The notes beneath the pieces were generated by a model. It ran no database searches and was not told the origin of the DNA. It saw only the letters and a program-made list of their open reading frames with translations. Positions 10,863-20,220 of a DNA stretch of 64,000 bases are shown here, piece by piece. Source of the stretch: an uncultured delta proteobacterium (GTDB lineage: Bacteria > Desulfobacterota > Binatia > Bin18). The stretch spans positions 256,001 to 320,000 of the forward strand of contig CAVTCR010000062.1 of assembly GCA_963733195.1 (NCBI GenBank). Reading direction: 5' to 3'. Numbering within the stretch: position 1 is the stretch's first letter; the number at the start of each line of letters is the position of its first letter. The position numbers and the translations under genes were made by a program.

Positions 10863-11965
10863 AAACGACTCAATAACCGCTCACTATTTTTCTGGTCGCG
10901 GTACACGAGCGGAGCCTCACCGCCTTGCTCGGCTGCAGCGACTGCGTCAACGACGACATCATGATGAGGCGACAGGTGACAGACGGGATCAGTAGCTGCA
11001 GGATCTCCGGTCAATAAAAAGGCCTGACAGCGACAACCGCCAAAATCTGTCGTTTTCTTTGGACAACTTCTACACGGCTCTTGCATCCAGGCGTCGCCGC
11101 GAAAGGCGTTGAGCGCCGGAGACTCACGCCATATCGTAGTTAATGATTGCTGTTGCACACTATCAAAGTGCAGATTCGGAATAGTGTGCGCCGCGTGGCA
11201 TGGCAAAACCTCACCAGTGGGAGTGATAAGCATGTAGGTCCGGGCCCAGCCACCCATACAAGGTTTGGGTTCTGGGGTGAGATAGTCGACTTGCACAAAG
11301 ACGATTTCCATGGTGCCGCGATACCGCTCGCGCGCTTCGCGGGCAATGCGGGCTGCTTCATCGCGCTGTGCCTGTGTTGGTAACAAGGCGTTACGATTTT
11401 CCAGCGCCCACGAATAGTATTGACTATTCGCCAGCTCTAACCGCTGGGCACCAAGCTCTGCCCCAAGAGCGATCAACTCCGGAACATGGCTGATGTTATA
11501 ACGATGGACCACTACATTCAGTGTCAGCGGAAATCCGAGCTTCTTAATCTGACGCGCAATTTCGAGCTTTTTATCGTACGAACGAATCCCGGCGATGAGT
11601 TCAGCCGTGTCCCGATTGGTATCCTGAATACTCAACTGCACGTGATCGAGTCCGCAGTCACGAAACTCTTGCAAGTCATCTTCGCTCAGCAACGTACCAC
11701 CAGTAATCAGATTAGTGTACAAATCACATTGTCGCGCATGTCGTATCAGGGCAGGTAGGTCTTTGCGGACTGTCGGTTCACCCCCTGAGAGATGGAGTTG
11801 GACAACACCCAATTCAGCCGCTTCGGAAAATACTCGACACCACTGCTCAGTACTCATTTCGCCTTTTCTGAGCTGTAGGTCGATTGGGTTCGAGCAATAG
11901 GGACAGCGCAATGGACAGCGATACGTGAACTCAGCTACGAGGGTGTAGGGACGAGGAGCAGCCAT
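10859..11965 (-). CDS. pqqE: PqqE radical SAM/SPASM peptide cyclase
   Basis: AEFTYRCPLRCPYCSNP, LELANSQYYSWA, KPCMGGW, CRSC...DFGGCRCQA. Confidence 0.97.
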   Translation of the reverse strand: MAAPRPYTLVAEFTYRCPLRCPYCSNPIDLQLRKGEMSTEQWCRVFSEAAELGVVQLHLSGGEPTVRKDLPALIRHARQCDLYTNLITGGTLLSEDDLQEFRDCGLDHVQLSIQDTNRDTAELIAGIRSYDKKLEIARQIKKLGFPLTLNVVVHRYNISHVPELIALGAELGAQRLELANSQYYSWALENRNALLPTQAQRDEAARIAREARERYRGTMEIVFVQVDYLTPEPKPCMGGWARTYMLITPTGEVLPCHAAHTIPNLHFDSVQQQSLTTIWRESPALNAFRGDAWMQEPCRSCPKKTTDFGGCRCQAFLLTGDPAATDPVCHLSPHHDVVVDAVAAAEQGGEAPLVYRDQKNSERLLSRL

Positions 11966-11994
11966 AGAGGTTTCCTAAATCATTTGTTCCGGTT

Positions 11995-12090
11995 ACCGTT
12001 CATGCTTCGACTCCACCCTGCGGGTTACGCTCAGCACGAACGGATAGAAAAACCGCTCGTCCTGAGCGTAGCGGAGCGAAGTCGAAGGGC
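11995..12090. repeat. Palindromic interspersed repeat, family A
   Basis: cttcgac...gctcagcacgaacgg ... cgctcgtcctgagc...gtcgaaggg; near-identical tail at 30645-30682. Confidence 0.75.
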
Positions 12091-12131
12091 GCACACTGCG
12101 TGACACATCTCGTTTAGGTTCCCTATATACT

Positions 12132-12412
12132 TTACGACTCCAACAATCCACGTGTTTGTAAGCGTGAAGTAATATTGAAACTTCTTGGGCAATCACGTTT
12201 CGATCCACCCCAGTAAACTGTTCAACGAGTGCATCGACAATCTGCTCGACCAAGCGCTCGCCATCGCACAGTTTGAGAATCGCTGCCGCGCTGTCATTTA
12301 ACACCAGCGCAGCTTCAGGAAATACCAACATATGCTTCTTTTCGACTGCGTCCCAGCGTAAGCGGGCTTTCGAGGCGAGCCGTGGGCGAAAATCAGGTGG
12401 TAGTTCAGCCAT
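12132..12412 (-). CDS. pqqD: PqqD peptide chaperone (RRE); 3' frameshift
   Basis: ARLRWD, LVFPEAALVLNDSAAAILKLCDG; an inferred +1 restores ...RLQTRGLLES*. Confidence 0.9.
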
Positions 12413-12423
12413 CGAGCAGATGC

Positions 12424-13164
12424 TCACTTTCCCCACAAAGGTGGCGGCAATCCTGGAGTGACATAGGCGAAATGGACCGCATCGAGCAGACTCCACAGAA
12501 TATGGCACTTCGTCGTTAATACACGAACGACACGCTCTTGTAGATCACGAGTTGTGCAGTTGGTCACAACGTACTCAAGACCGTACTCGACATCACGTGG
12601 AGCCTGAATGAGACGCGAACGGAAATACTCAAGTCCGCGTTTCTCCACCCACGGATAATGCTCCTCAAAGGCTGGTAATCGTCGTGACATCAGTGTTGGG
12701 GCAAAGAGTTCGGTGAGCGATGAGCCTACTGCCTCAACCAAAGAATGGGTCTGCACCAGTGTCAAATAGGCATCTACGGCAAACCGTACAGCTGGTAGCA
12801 CGAAACGGAGACTTTCCATGTCTTCTCGACGCAAACCAGCAGCCTCACCCAACACCAGCCATTTGTGAATGCCGCCGGCTTCTTGGCCAGGAGTACCATC
12901 GTGGTCAATAATACGCTGGATCCATGCTCGCCGTTCAGCTGGAGTAGTCATCTTCGCCATGATCACCGAATCTTTCTTAGGAATCATGACTTGATAATAA
13001 AAGCGATTCTCAATCCACGCTTGCAGTTGGCGTTTGGTGAGTTTGCCTTCATGCATTAACACATGGAACGGGTGCTTATCGTGATACCCTTCTTCACCCA
13101 CAGCGCGCAGCCGCTGCACAAACTCGTCGCGGGATAAAAGTGGTTGGTTCGCAGTTGTACTCAT
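12424..13164 (-). CDS. pqqC: PqqC pyrroloquinoline-quinone synthase
   Basis: [50 protein letters not shown]. Confidence 0.97.
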   Translation of the reverse strand: MSTTANQPLLSRDEFVQRLRAVGEEGYHDKHPFHVLMHEGKLTKRQLQAWIENRFYYQVMIPKKDSVIMAKMTTPAERRAWIQRIIDHDGTPGQEAGGIHKWLVLGEAAGLRREDMESLRFVLPAVRFAVDAYLTLVQTHSLVEAVGSSLTELFAPTLMSRRLPAFEEHYPWVEKRGLEYFRSRLIQAPRDVEYGLEYVVTNCTTRDLQERVVRVLTTKCHILWSLLDAVHFAYVTPGLPPPLWGK

Positions 13165-13199
13165 GTACGCGTCTCAGTCTCTAACGTTCACTAACTACT

Positions 13200-14124
13200 T
13201 CAGACATCGAATTCCATACCATCAAATGCCACCTCCCAACCAGCCTCAGCAACAATGCGCCGTTCGGGCGCATCCTCGAGGAGGAGCGGATTAGTGTTAT
13301 TCATATGCGTATAAATTTTTCGCATCCGTTGCAACATCGCCAGTTGCACCAAACTGCCCGATGGTCCACTGATTGGCACATGCCCCATTGAGAGAGAGGT
13401 CTTCTGCGAGAGCCCCAAGCGCACTAACTCATCGTCCGACCAACAAGTCCCATCGAAAAAAAAGCAATCACAATTTTCCAACATCGTCCTGACGACACTA
13501 TCAATGTGTTTTACGGCAGGTAGATAGACCAGCGTCCGTCCACTCACATCATCAATCACCTTGTAAGCAATGGTGGCCTCATCTGACTCCGGGACCAAGT
13601 CCAGTCAGATATGCTGGAGGTTTTCCTGGTACAAGTACCGCCTCAAAGGAGAGGCCACTGCGCTTCCCGTCGATACCTACGAGTTCTTGTCGCACAGCTG
13701 GGCGGACTATTTCCCAGCGGCTTGTTGTTGGCGCGCGGAACAAACCGCGAAAGACGGCATTCGTCTCTAACACCCACTGTTGTACCTGCGCAGTTGAATA
13801 GATACACAAGGGTTGTGATTCTCGCAGGGAGAGGAGGCCGGTAATATGATCAATTTCACCGTTGGTGAGTAGGATCGCTTGGATCGGCGTGTCCCTTGGC
13901 ACTACTCGCGGCGATAAACATGGTGAAGCGTTGATTTGCTGGCGGATGTCAGGGCTGGCATTGAGAAGGTACCAGCGCTGTCCGTCTGCACTAAGGGCCA
14001 GCGAAGATTGCGTTCGGGCTTGAGCGCGTAAGGTGCCTGAACGAAACCCCCGGCAATTGACACAATTGCAGTTCCACTGCGGGAAGCCACCACCTGCTGC
14101 TGATCCCAGCACTCTCACCTGCAC
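13200..14124 (-). CDS. pqqB: PqqB; one frameshift near 13600
   Basis: [51 protein letters not shown]. Confidence 0.95.
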
Positions 14125-14246
14125 GTGGCGCTCTCCTTAATGACTCAAGAATTTGCAAATCCCGTTAGGACATGGGAAAACAAAAAGACGGAGCTTCTCC
14201 TTGTTGTTCAGAAGAAGCCCGTCTGTAGAAGCCTGAAGAAAGTCAC

Positions 14247-14323
14247 TTATTCTGCAACAAAAATATATGAGCTGACTTCTGCGTCCATCCGCACTTCGAC
14301 AAATCGGGAGTGGTCCATGCCAT
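14247..14323 (-). CDS. pqqA: PqqA precursor peptide (appears 1 nt short)
   Basis: SD AAGGAGGTGA at 14331-14340. Adding one T to GATTT gives MAWTTPDFVEVRMDAEVSSYIFVAE*, with the ExxxY motif. Confidence 0.85.
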
Positions 14324-14627
14324 GTGCGAATCACCTCCTTATCATAGCAGTCTCTACAAACTATATCGTCAGAAATGGTTTGTCTATAACAAACGGGACA
14401 TTGCCCTATTGTCAACCATATGCCAGAGATAATGTTGCTCACTCTTAATCGTCAGCAACATCTCAACGATCTGGGGTCAGCAGAATTGTTGCTGGGGTAC
14501 TAAAACCATGAAAATCGGCTTGTAATCCGCTATGACATCTGAAGCACGACCTCCGATGGGCAGGCTAAGTCTAACGTGGGCAAGTGAAGTAGACGAATGG
14601 TCTGTGTTTTGGCTTAGTTTCTGTAGT

Positions 14628-15290
14628 ATGTCAACCTCACTTCATTCCTCGACTGACGCCGCTTACCCACCTGCACTCCACCTCCATCTGGGTAGTGATG
14701 CTCCAGCGACACTGACTACCCGAGGTAATCTCAACATTTTGCATGATCACCGGCACCGCCCCCTGTTCGCGCTCTTTTGCTCAATCCAGTGTCCACCGGC
14801 ACTGATTCTACAAACCTACGAGCTTGCTCATGCGTTACGTGATGCTGGGGTCACAGTCATCAGCGGTTTTCACTCACCGATGGAGAAGGAATGTCTTTCG
14901 ATTCTTCTCCAAGGAACACAACCGGTGATTCTTTGCCCAGCTCGCAGCCTCGAAGGGATCAGCATCTCTACTGAAAAGAAAACCGCACTAGAGCAAGGAC
15001 GATTACTGTTCCTAACACCGTTCACAGCCAAAGAACGTCGTCCGACCACTAATCGCGCACAAGAGCGCAATGCACTCGTTGCCGCACTTGCCGACATCGT
15101 CTTCGTTGCCCATGCTGCACCTGGCGGAAAAACCGAGAAGTTTTGCAAGGACATACTCGCCTGGAAAAAACCTGTGCTTACACTTGATAGTCACGAGAAC
15201 ACCCATCTGTTTTCGCTGGGCATTAACATCGTGCGGCCTGAACAGATTGGCAAGCGAGGTGAACTTTTCGTTGTGGATGAGGAGGAATAG
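14628..15290 (+). CDS. Stand-alone DprA/SMF-like (SLOG Rossmann-fold) protein
   Basis: ALFCSIQCP, VISGFHSPMEKECL, RNALVAALAD, PGGKT. Confidence 0.7.
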   Translation: MSTSLHSSTDAAYPPALHLHLGSDAPATLTTRGNLNILHDHRHRPLFALFCSIQCPPALILQTYELAHALRDAGVTVISGFHSPMEKECLSILLQGTQPVILCPARSLEGISISTEKKTALEQGRLLFLTPFTAKERRPTTNRAQERNALVAALADIVFVAHAAPGGKTEKFCKDILAWKKPVLTLDSHENTHLFSLGINIVRPEQIGKRGELFVVDEEE

Positions 15291-15337
15291 AGATCACCCT
15301 AGTATTCTGGACTTGTGACGAGCACTCGTGGCGGCTC

Positions 15338-15395
15338 GTCATTCCGGGCAAGGCCGCGACTCGGAATCCAGGCACAGAAAACTGGATTCCCGCTC
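15338..15395. repeat. Palindromic repeat, family B
   Basis: cgtcattccgggc...ggaatccag...ctggattcc; related copy at 16307-16405. Confidence 0.65.
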
Positions 15396-15456
15396 CCGGT
15401 AGAACCTGGGATGTCCAGTAGACTTGATACTGCGCGAAGTGACGGCTCCAGCTCAT

Positions 15457-15477
15457 GTAGGGCGGGCTGTGCCCGCC
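15457..15477 (+). repeat. GTAG-type REP
   Basis: GTAGGGCGGGCTGTGCCCGCC; 1 mismatch to the copy at 36327-36347. Confidence 0.7.
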
Positions 15478-15490
15478 ACTTGATACAGCG

Positions 15491-16204
15491 TCAGAACTGC
15501 TCCACCGACGGACGAATATCGAACTCATGCACCCAGGTATCACGTGGTTGGGCGACTGCTTGCGCAACAACGCGAGCAATCGAGCGTGAATCGAGCATTC
15601 CCGCTTTGACTTCGCGCTCTTGACCAAGCGGGATATCGTCAATCCCGCCATCGATCACCACGTGAAAAACGTGAATGCCTTTTGCACCAAATTCGCGTGC
15701 ATTACACTGCGCCAGCGCCCGGAGGGCAAACTTTCCCGTGGCAAAGGCTGAGGACTTACCATATCCTTTCACGGAACTCGTTGCCCCAATATAGGCAACG
15801 GTCCCGCCCCCGTTCGCTAGCATGTCGGGGATCGCTTCTTTCGCGCACAAGAACGGCCCATACACACCACCACGTAGATTGTTCATGAAATCGCCAGCCG
15901 TGATGTCCAAGAACGAGCCACGTTTCGCTCCGCCACCAGCATTACACACCAGCAAATTCACCGGACCAAGTTCTTTGCGTACACGCGCAAACGTTTGTTT
16001 CACTTGTGCTTCATCAGTAATATCAGTCGGCCAGAACATACAACGCTCCGCAAGTTTTCCTAACCCGGTGCGAATTTGTTCAAGCGAATTGGCATTGCGG
16101 GCCAGCGCAACAACGCGATACCCCTCCTGCGCAAATGTTTCGACAAAGCGAGCCCCGATTCCTGGACCGACACCAGCGACAACTGCAACCCGATCACTAG
16201 CCAT
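15491..16204 (-). CDS. Short-chain dehydrogenase/reductase
   Basis: VVAGVGPGIG, CNAG, FATGKFALRALAQ, HVVIDG, HEFDIRP. Confidence 0.9.
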   Translation of the reverse strand: MASDRVAVVAGVGPGIGARFVETFAQEGYRVVALARNANSLEQIRTGLGKLAERCMFWPTDITDEAQVKQTFARVRKELGPVNLLVCNAGGGAKRGSFLDITAGDFMNNLRGGVYGPFLCAKEAIPDMLANGGGTVAYIGATSSVKGYGKSSAFATGKFALRALAQCNAREFGAKGIHVFHVVIDGGIDDIPLGQEREVKAGMLDSRSIARVVAQAVAQPRDTWVHEFDIRPSVEQF

Positions 16205-16306
16205 AGTGTTCGTTCCTCCCGAAGATAATGATGCGAGACTGTACTCCAATCACTACGTAGAGACCACTAGCTCACCATGATGAAGACGGGGAGTAAATGG
16301 TGGGCA

Positions 16307-16405
16307 CGTCATTCCGGGCGAGCAACGCGAGACCCGGAATCCAGGAGGCATAACCGGGGGCAAGTGCTCAATGCTCCTGGATGCCAGCCTTCGCTGGCAT
16401 GACGG
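16307..16405. repeat. Palindromic repeat, family B
   Basis: cgtcattccgggcgag...ggaatccagga...tcctggatgccagccttcgctggcatgacg. Confidence 0.65.
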
Positions 16406-16511
16406 ACCTGAACCCCTCAAAATCAGCGTGGCTGACTACCACCCTTCTCTTCCAGCAGCAAAACTCTACATTTGACCAGGGAATATTTGCCACAAAAAAT
16501 GGAAAGAACTC

Positions 16512-16957
16512 ATGAAGTTTTCTGAAGTAGTGGCGCAATCGCTCGCGTGGCTTTAGCGTGAGGGGCGGATATCGTATCGAGCACTCAGATTAGAGTTTGA
16601 CCTCACCGATGATACGCTTGAAGCCCTGAAGGAAGAACTGATTGAGGTCAAAGAACTGGCGATTGATAAAGACGGCAAAATGCTAGTGTGGCGGAGCAAC
16701 AGCAGTCTAGAGTCCAGAGTCTAGAGTCAAAGAAGCAGAGGAATGCTTTCTGAAAGCCATCGAAATCGCTCAACGCCAGCAAGCCAAATCACTCAGAACT
16801 GCGCGCGACGGTAAGCCTCGCGCGGTTGTGGCAGAGTCAAGGCAAGCAACTCGCAGCACGCAACACGCTGTCCGCCATCTACAACTGGTTCACCGAAGGC
16901 TTTGACACGAAAGACTTGCAAGAGGCGAAGACGCTGATCGAGGAATTGAGTCATTGA
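16512..16957 (+). pseudogene. Internally deleted remnant of a cyclase-AAA-TPR type gene (N- and C-termini only)
   Basis: MKFSEVVAQSLAWL*REGRISYRALRLEF...MLVW is joined through a heptamer repeat to EAEECFLKAIEIA...LRATVSLARLW...YNWFTEGFDTKDLQEAK; in-frame stops. Confidence 0.75.
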
Positions 16958-16993
16958 AACATTGAGCCATTGAAGGATTGAACCGGTGAATGA

Positions 16994-17293
16994 TCAGGGT
17001 GTTGAGCGCACCAATGACCCGTCTGGTCCTTCGGAGGCTAGCCGTTCCGCAATCCACATTGCAGCAAGATGAGTAGGCCCAATCTGTTTCTGACGCGCCA
17101 GACGTTTCAGTAGATTGAGGGTCTTCTCATCTAAGGCCACGGTTAACGCTCTCAGCGGCGGTCGTCGCAACCGCACCTTGACCGGTTGCCCTTCAGTAAA
17201 GAGGCGAGCAAAATCTTTGTCAGCAAGCTGATCCCACTCTTCCGCCTCCTCCTTTAACGCCTGTCGTTGTCGGGTAGTCAATTTCCGCGCCAT
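16994..17293 (-). CDS. BrnA/CopG-like antitoxin
   Basis: EEAEEWD...LTVALDEKTLNLLKRLARQKQIGPTHLAAMWIAERL; overlaps the toxin 3' end. Confidence 0.7.
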   Translation of the reverse strand: MARKLTTRQRQALKEEAEEWDQLADKDFARLFTEGQPVKVRLRRPPLRALTVALDEKTLNLLKRLARQKQIGPTHLAAMWIAERLASEGPDGSLVRSTP

Positions 17294-17583
17294 CGTCGGT
17301 ACCTCCGTTGCGTCTGTGGCTCCATATCCAACGCTGTTACCGCACGCCATACTCCCCTCCGTGGGTAAGGAGCAATTACAGCGACAAGGCATCTGCCTGC
17401 GCAGGTCTGTCCAAATACCGTCCATCGAGTCTCTCTGATTCCACGACGGCGGCCACGCACGACCCAAGAAGGATAACAATCCTCATAGACAACTTCTTCA
17501 ACTTCCTCAGGAGAGACTCCATGCCGCACGATATGCTCAATATTATCCTCATCCCATTCCGCTTCGAGCGCCTGAAACCGCAC
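17278..17583 (-). CDS. BrnT family toxin
   Basis: EWDEDNIEHIVRHGVSPEEVEEV, FGQTCAGR, VTALDM. Confidence 0.8.
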   Translation of the reverse strand: MRFQALEAEWDEDNIEHIVRHGVSPEEVEEVVYEDCYPSWVVRGRRRGIRETRWTVFGQTCAGRCLVAVIAPYPRRGVWRAVTALDMEPQTQRRYRRWRGN

Positions 17584-17683
17584 GCCCGCAGGGTATCATA
17601 GGGGATTCTACGGAGAAAGTTCCTTACTATTTTCCACAATCTCTTTCTTTCAGCCATTGCCAAACCGCACCCCCAGGGCGTAT

Positions 17684-18592
17684 ATGTCACGCGAGAAAGG
17701 GCTGGTTGTGACAACTGGAGAACGACGACAACGTATTCTTGATGAAGTTGAAGCAGCAAGTTGGGTGCAAGATGGAATGACCATCGCGGTGGGCTCACCG
17801 GCACCGATGGCTTTGCTGCGACAAATTATTCGCCGTGGTGTGAAAAACCTAACGGTTGTCGACAGTGGCGTAACCCTTGATCTGTTAATTGCTGCAGGAT
17901 GTGTACGCAAAGTCGTCAGCTATTATGCGGGTGGCGGGTTTGGTGTCCCGGTGGCTCCAGCGTTTCGTCGTGCGGTTGAACGTGGCGAGATCGAGGTATG
18001 GGAATGCGAAGAAGGCATTCTCACAACTGGTTTGCAAGCAGCGGCTCAGGCATTACCGTTTTTACCTTGGCGCGGCGGCGTTGGAACGTCACTTCCTGAC
18101 GTCAACAAAGAACTCAAAGTGATACAAGACCCGATTCGCGGCGAGACACTCATCGCAGTGCCCCCAATCAAGCCTGACGTTGCCCTGCTCCATGCGGCCA
18201 CTGCTGACGCCTATGGTAATGTTCAGCATTGTGGCGGTCCGGGATGGCTTGATTTGTTTCTCTATCGAGCAGCGGACCGTACAATCGTGCAAGTCGAAAA
18301 GATCATTCCCAACGAAGAAATCCGGGCAAATCCGTGGGCAACAACTATCGGTGGTGCAGATGCGATCGTCCGCGCACCCTACGGCGCCCATCCCTTCTAT
18401 AGTCGAGGATATTACGTGCAGGACAACGCACATCTGCGGCAATATCTCGAGGCCTCAGCCGCGGCAGCACAGGAGAACCGACCCGAGTCGCTCACACAGT
18501 ATCTCAACCATTACTGTCGTGAGCCAGCGACCCTTGGGGATTATCTTGAACGGGTTGGCATTAAGCGGTTATTAGAGTTGTATGAATACTAA
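17684..18592 (+). CDS. CoA-transferase family subunit A (GctA/IpdA-like)
   Basis: DGMTIAVG, PMALLRQIIR, LPFLP, KPDVALLHAATADAYGN, APYGAHP. Confidence 0.85.
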   Translation: MSREKGLVVTTGERRQRILDEVEAASWVQDGMTIAVGSPAPMALLRQIIRRGVKNLTVVDSGVTLDLLIAAGCVRKVVSYYAGGGFGVPVAPAFRRAVERGEIEVWECEEGILTTGLQAAAQALPFLPWRGGVGTSLPDVNKELKVIQDPIRGETLIAVPPIKPDVALLHAATADAYGNVQHCGGPGWLDLFLYRAADRTIVQVEKIIPNEEIRANPWATTIGGADAIVRAPYGAHPFYSRGYYVQDNAHLRQYLEASAAAAQENRPESLTQYLNHYCREPATLGDYLERVGIKRLLELYEY

Positions 18593-18685
18593 GACATGGC
18601 AAAAGAGAACGTGCGTTGAACGAAAAAACGCATCACTCGTTACGTATTGCGTATTAAGCTATGTTTTGAGTGAGAAGCGGAATTC

Positions 18686-19480
18686 ATGCCAAGCAACGAT
18701 TACACTCCCTTTGAACTGATGGCAATTTTTTTAGCGCGAGAACTGAAAGATGGCGATGTTCTCCGCGTTGGCGTTGCCATGCCGGTTGTCGAAGCGGCTG
18801 TTCGTCTTGCCCATCTCACTCATGGGCCGAACATGGAGTTAATCTTTCTCGGTGCACGCATGAATGTCGCTCATCTTGATACGATACCGCTGCCAGCCTT
18901 TGGCTGGGATCGTCGCGTCGTACGCTGGGCTGAGTCGTATAGTGATGCCGGCCATCGGTTCGATCGGATCAAGGATTGGGACCGCCATGTCTTTTTTATT
19001 GGAGGCGTGCAAGTTGACCCCTATGGCAATACCAATCTCATTGGTGTGGGGTCTGATTATCAACGTCTCCGTTTTCGTGGCCCCGGTTCTGTCGGTACGC
19101 CGACGTTAAGTACGCACGTCGGACGCTACTACATCGTTTTGAACTCACATACGTCCCGCATCTTCGTTGAACAGTGCGACTTTATTAGTGCATTCGGCTG
19201 GGGTTCTGGCGGTGCAGATGCGCGTAAAAAGCTCGGCCTTCCAGGTGGCGGACCGCGCTATTGTGTCACTCCGTTGTGTATCTTCGATTTTGCCGAGGAC
19301 AGCAAACGCATGCGGCTGCATTCAGTCCATCAAGGAGTAACTACAAGTGATATACAGACGCAAACCGGCTTCGCGCTCAATGTCCCTGCGTCTATCCCGG
19401 TCACTGACCCCCCTACGTCAGAAGAGCTACAGGCACTACGTACCCGCGTCGATCGGGCGGGATTTCTGCGCCGGTCGTGA
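18686..19480 (+). CDS. CoA-transferase family subunit B (GctB/IpdB-like)
   Basis: GGVQVDPYGNTN, GPGSVG, FVEQCDFIS, VTPLCIFDF, TGFAL. Confidence 0.85.
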   Translation: MPSNDYTPFELMAIFLARELKDGDVLRVGVAMPVVEAAVRLAHLTHGPNMELIFLGARMNVAHLDTIPLPAFGWDRRVVRWAESYSDAGHRFDRIKDWDRHVFFIGGVQVDPYGNTNLIGVGSDYQRLRFRGPGSVGTPTLSTHVGRYYIVLNSHTSRIFVEQCDFISAFGWGSGGADARKKLGLPGGGPRYCVTPLCIFDFAEDSKRMRLHSVHQGVTTSDIQTQTGFALNVPASIPVTDPPTSEELQALRTRVDRAGFLRRS

Positions 19481-19550
19481 CCTCTTCACCATGCCCTTCT
19501 CCTGTTGACGGGAGGAGAAACTTATAGTGTCATGAGGAGGGGGAAATGCA

Positions 19551-19823
19551 ATGGCGAAACAAAAGATTGTCGACATGGAAAAGAAGCGTGATAAGGCGCG
19601 ACGTTACTCCGGGTATCGTTGTACCCTCAGTGACGGACGACATGTGGACTCATGGGTAACAAATGACGATCTTGATATTGAATTCCACGGCATTGATCTG
19701 AAAACTGCCTGCAAGCTCGCTGTTGAACGCGCGTCGGAAGCAGATCTGAACAAAGGGGAATTACTCGTCCCTCGTGCCCTGCTTGTCGAAGTCGAGACTC
19801 GTGAACACTCAGGGGGGCGCTAG
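19551..19823 (+). CDS. Hypothetical protein, 90 aa
   Basis: Strong SD (gaggagg), protein-like composition, no competing ORF. Confidence 0.6.
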   Translation: MAKQKIVDMEKKRDKARRYSGYRCTLSDGRHVDSWVTNDDLDIEFHGIDLKTACKLAVERASEADLNKGELLVPRALLVEVETREHSGGR

Positions 19824-19884
19824 TTCTATACCAGTCCTACCTTCCACAGAACGCCGGCCATTCCTCTGTACCTATCGCCTGTAC

Positions 19885-20220
19885 GCCAAGGGAAAGATGG
19901 ATGGGCGGTTCATCGACATGATTAACCCGATGGATGTACGCGAATCCGTCCAGCTTGAGGCGAGTGATTTCGAGTATCGGCGCATCCCGACGTGGATGGC
20001 GAATGCCACTTACTTTCCTGGGGAGCGAATCCACTGCAGTTCCTCTACATCCCGAATTTCGAGCAAGAATCGCCTACCCATCGTAGGCTCCCGTAGGTTC
20101 TCTCGCTTCATTACTGGCCGGCTGATCTACACAAGTTACGACGGCGGCGGGCGCAATACGTCCTACGGACAATACGATAAATGGGATAATATCGGGTGGG
20201 AACTCAGCTATGAATTCTAG
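19885..20220 (+). pseudogene. Fragment of a DUF1302-like outer-membrane beta-barrel
   Basis: GKMDG..DMINPMD.RE internal motif plus a C-terminal barrel strand WDNIGWELSYEF; far too short and no signal peptide. Confidence 0.5.

Noticed and set aside
10859-14323. Novel RiPP cluster (radical SAM/SPASM + RRE + peptide)
   Set aside because: All components carry diagnostic PqqA-E motifs, so this is canonical PQQ biosynthesis.
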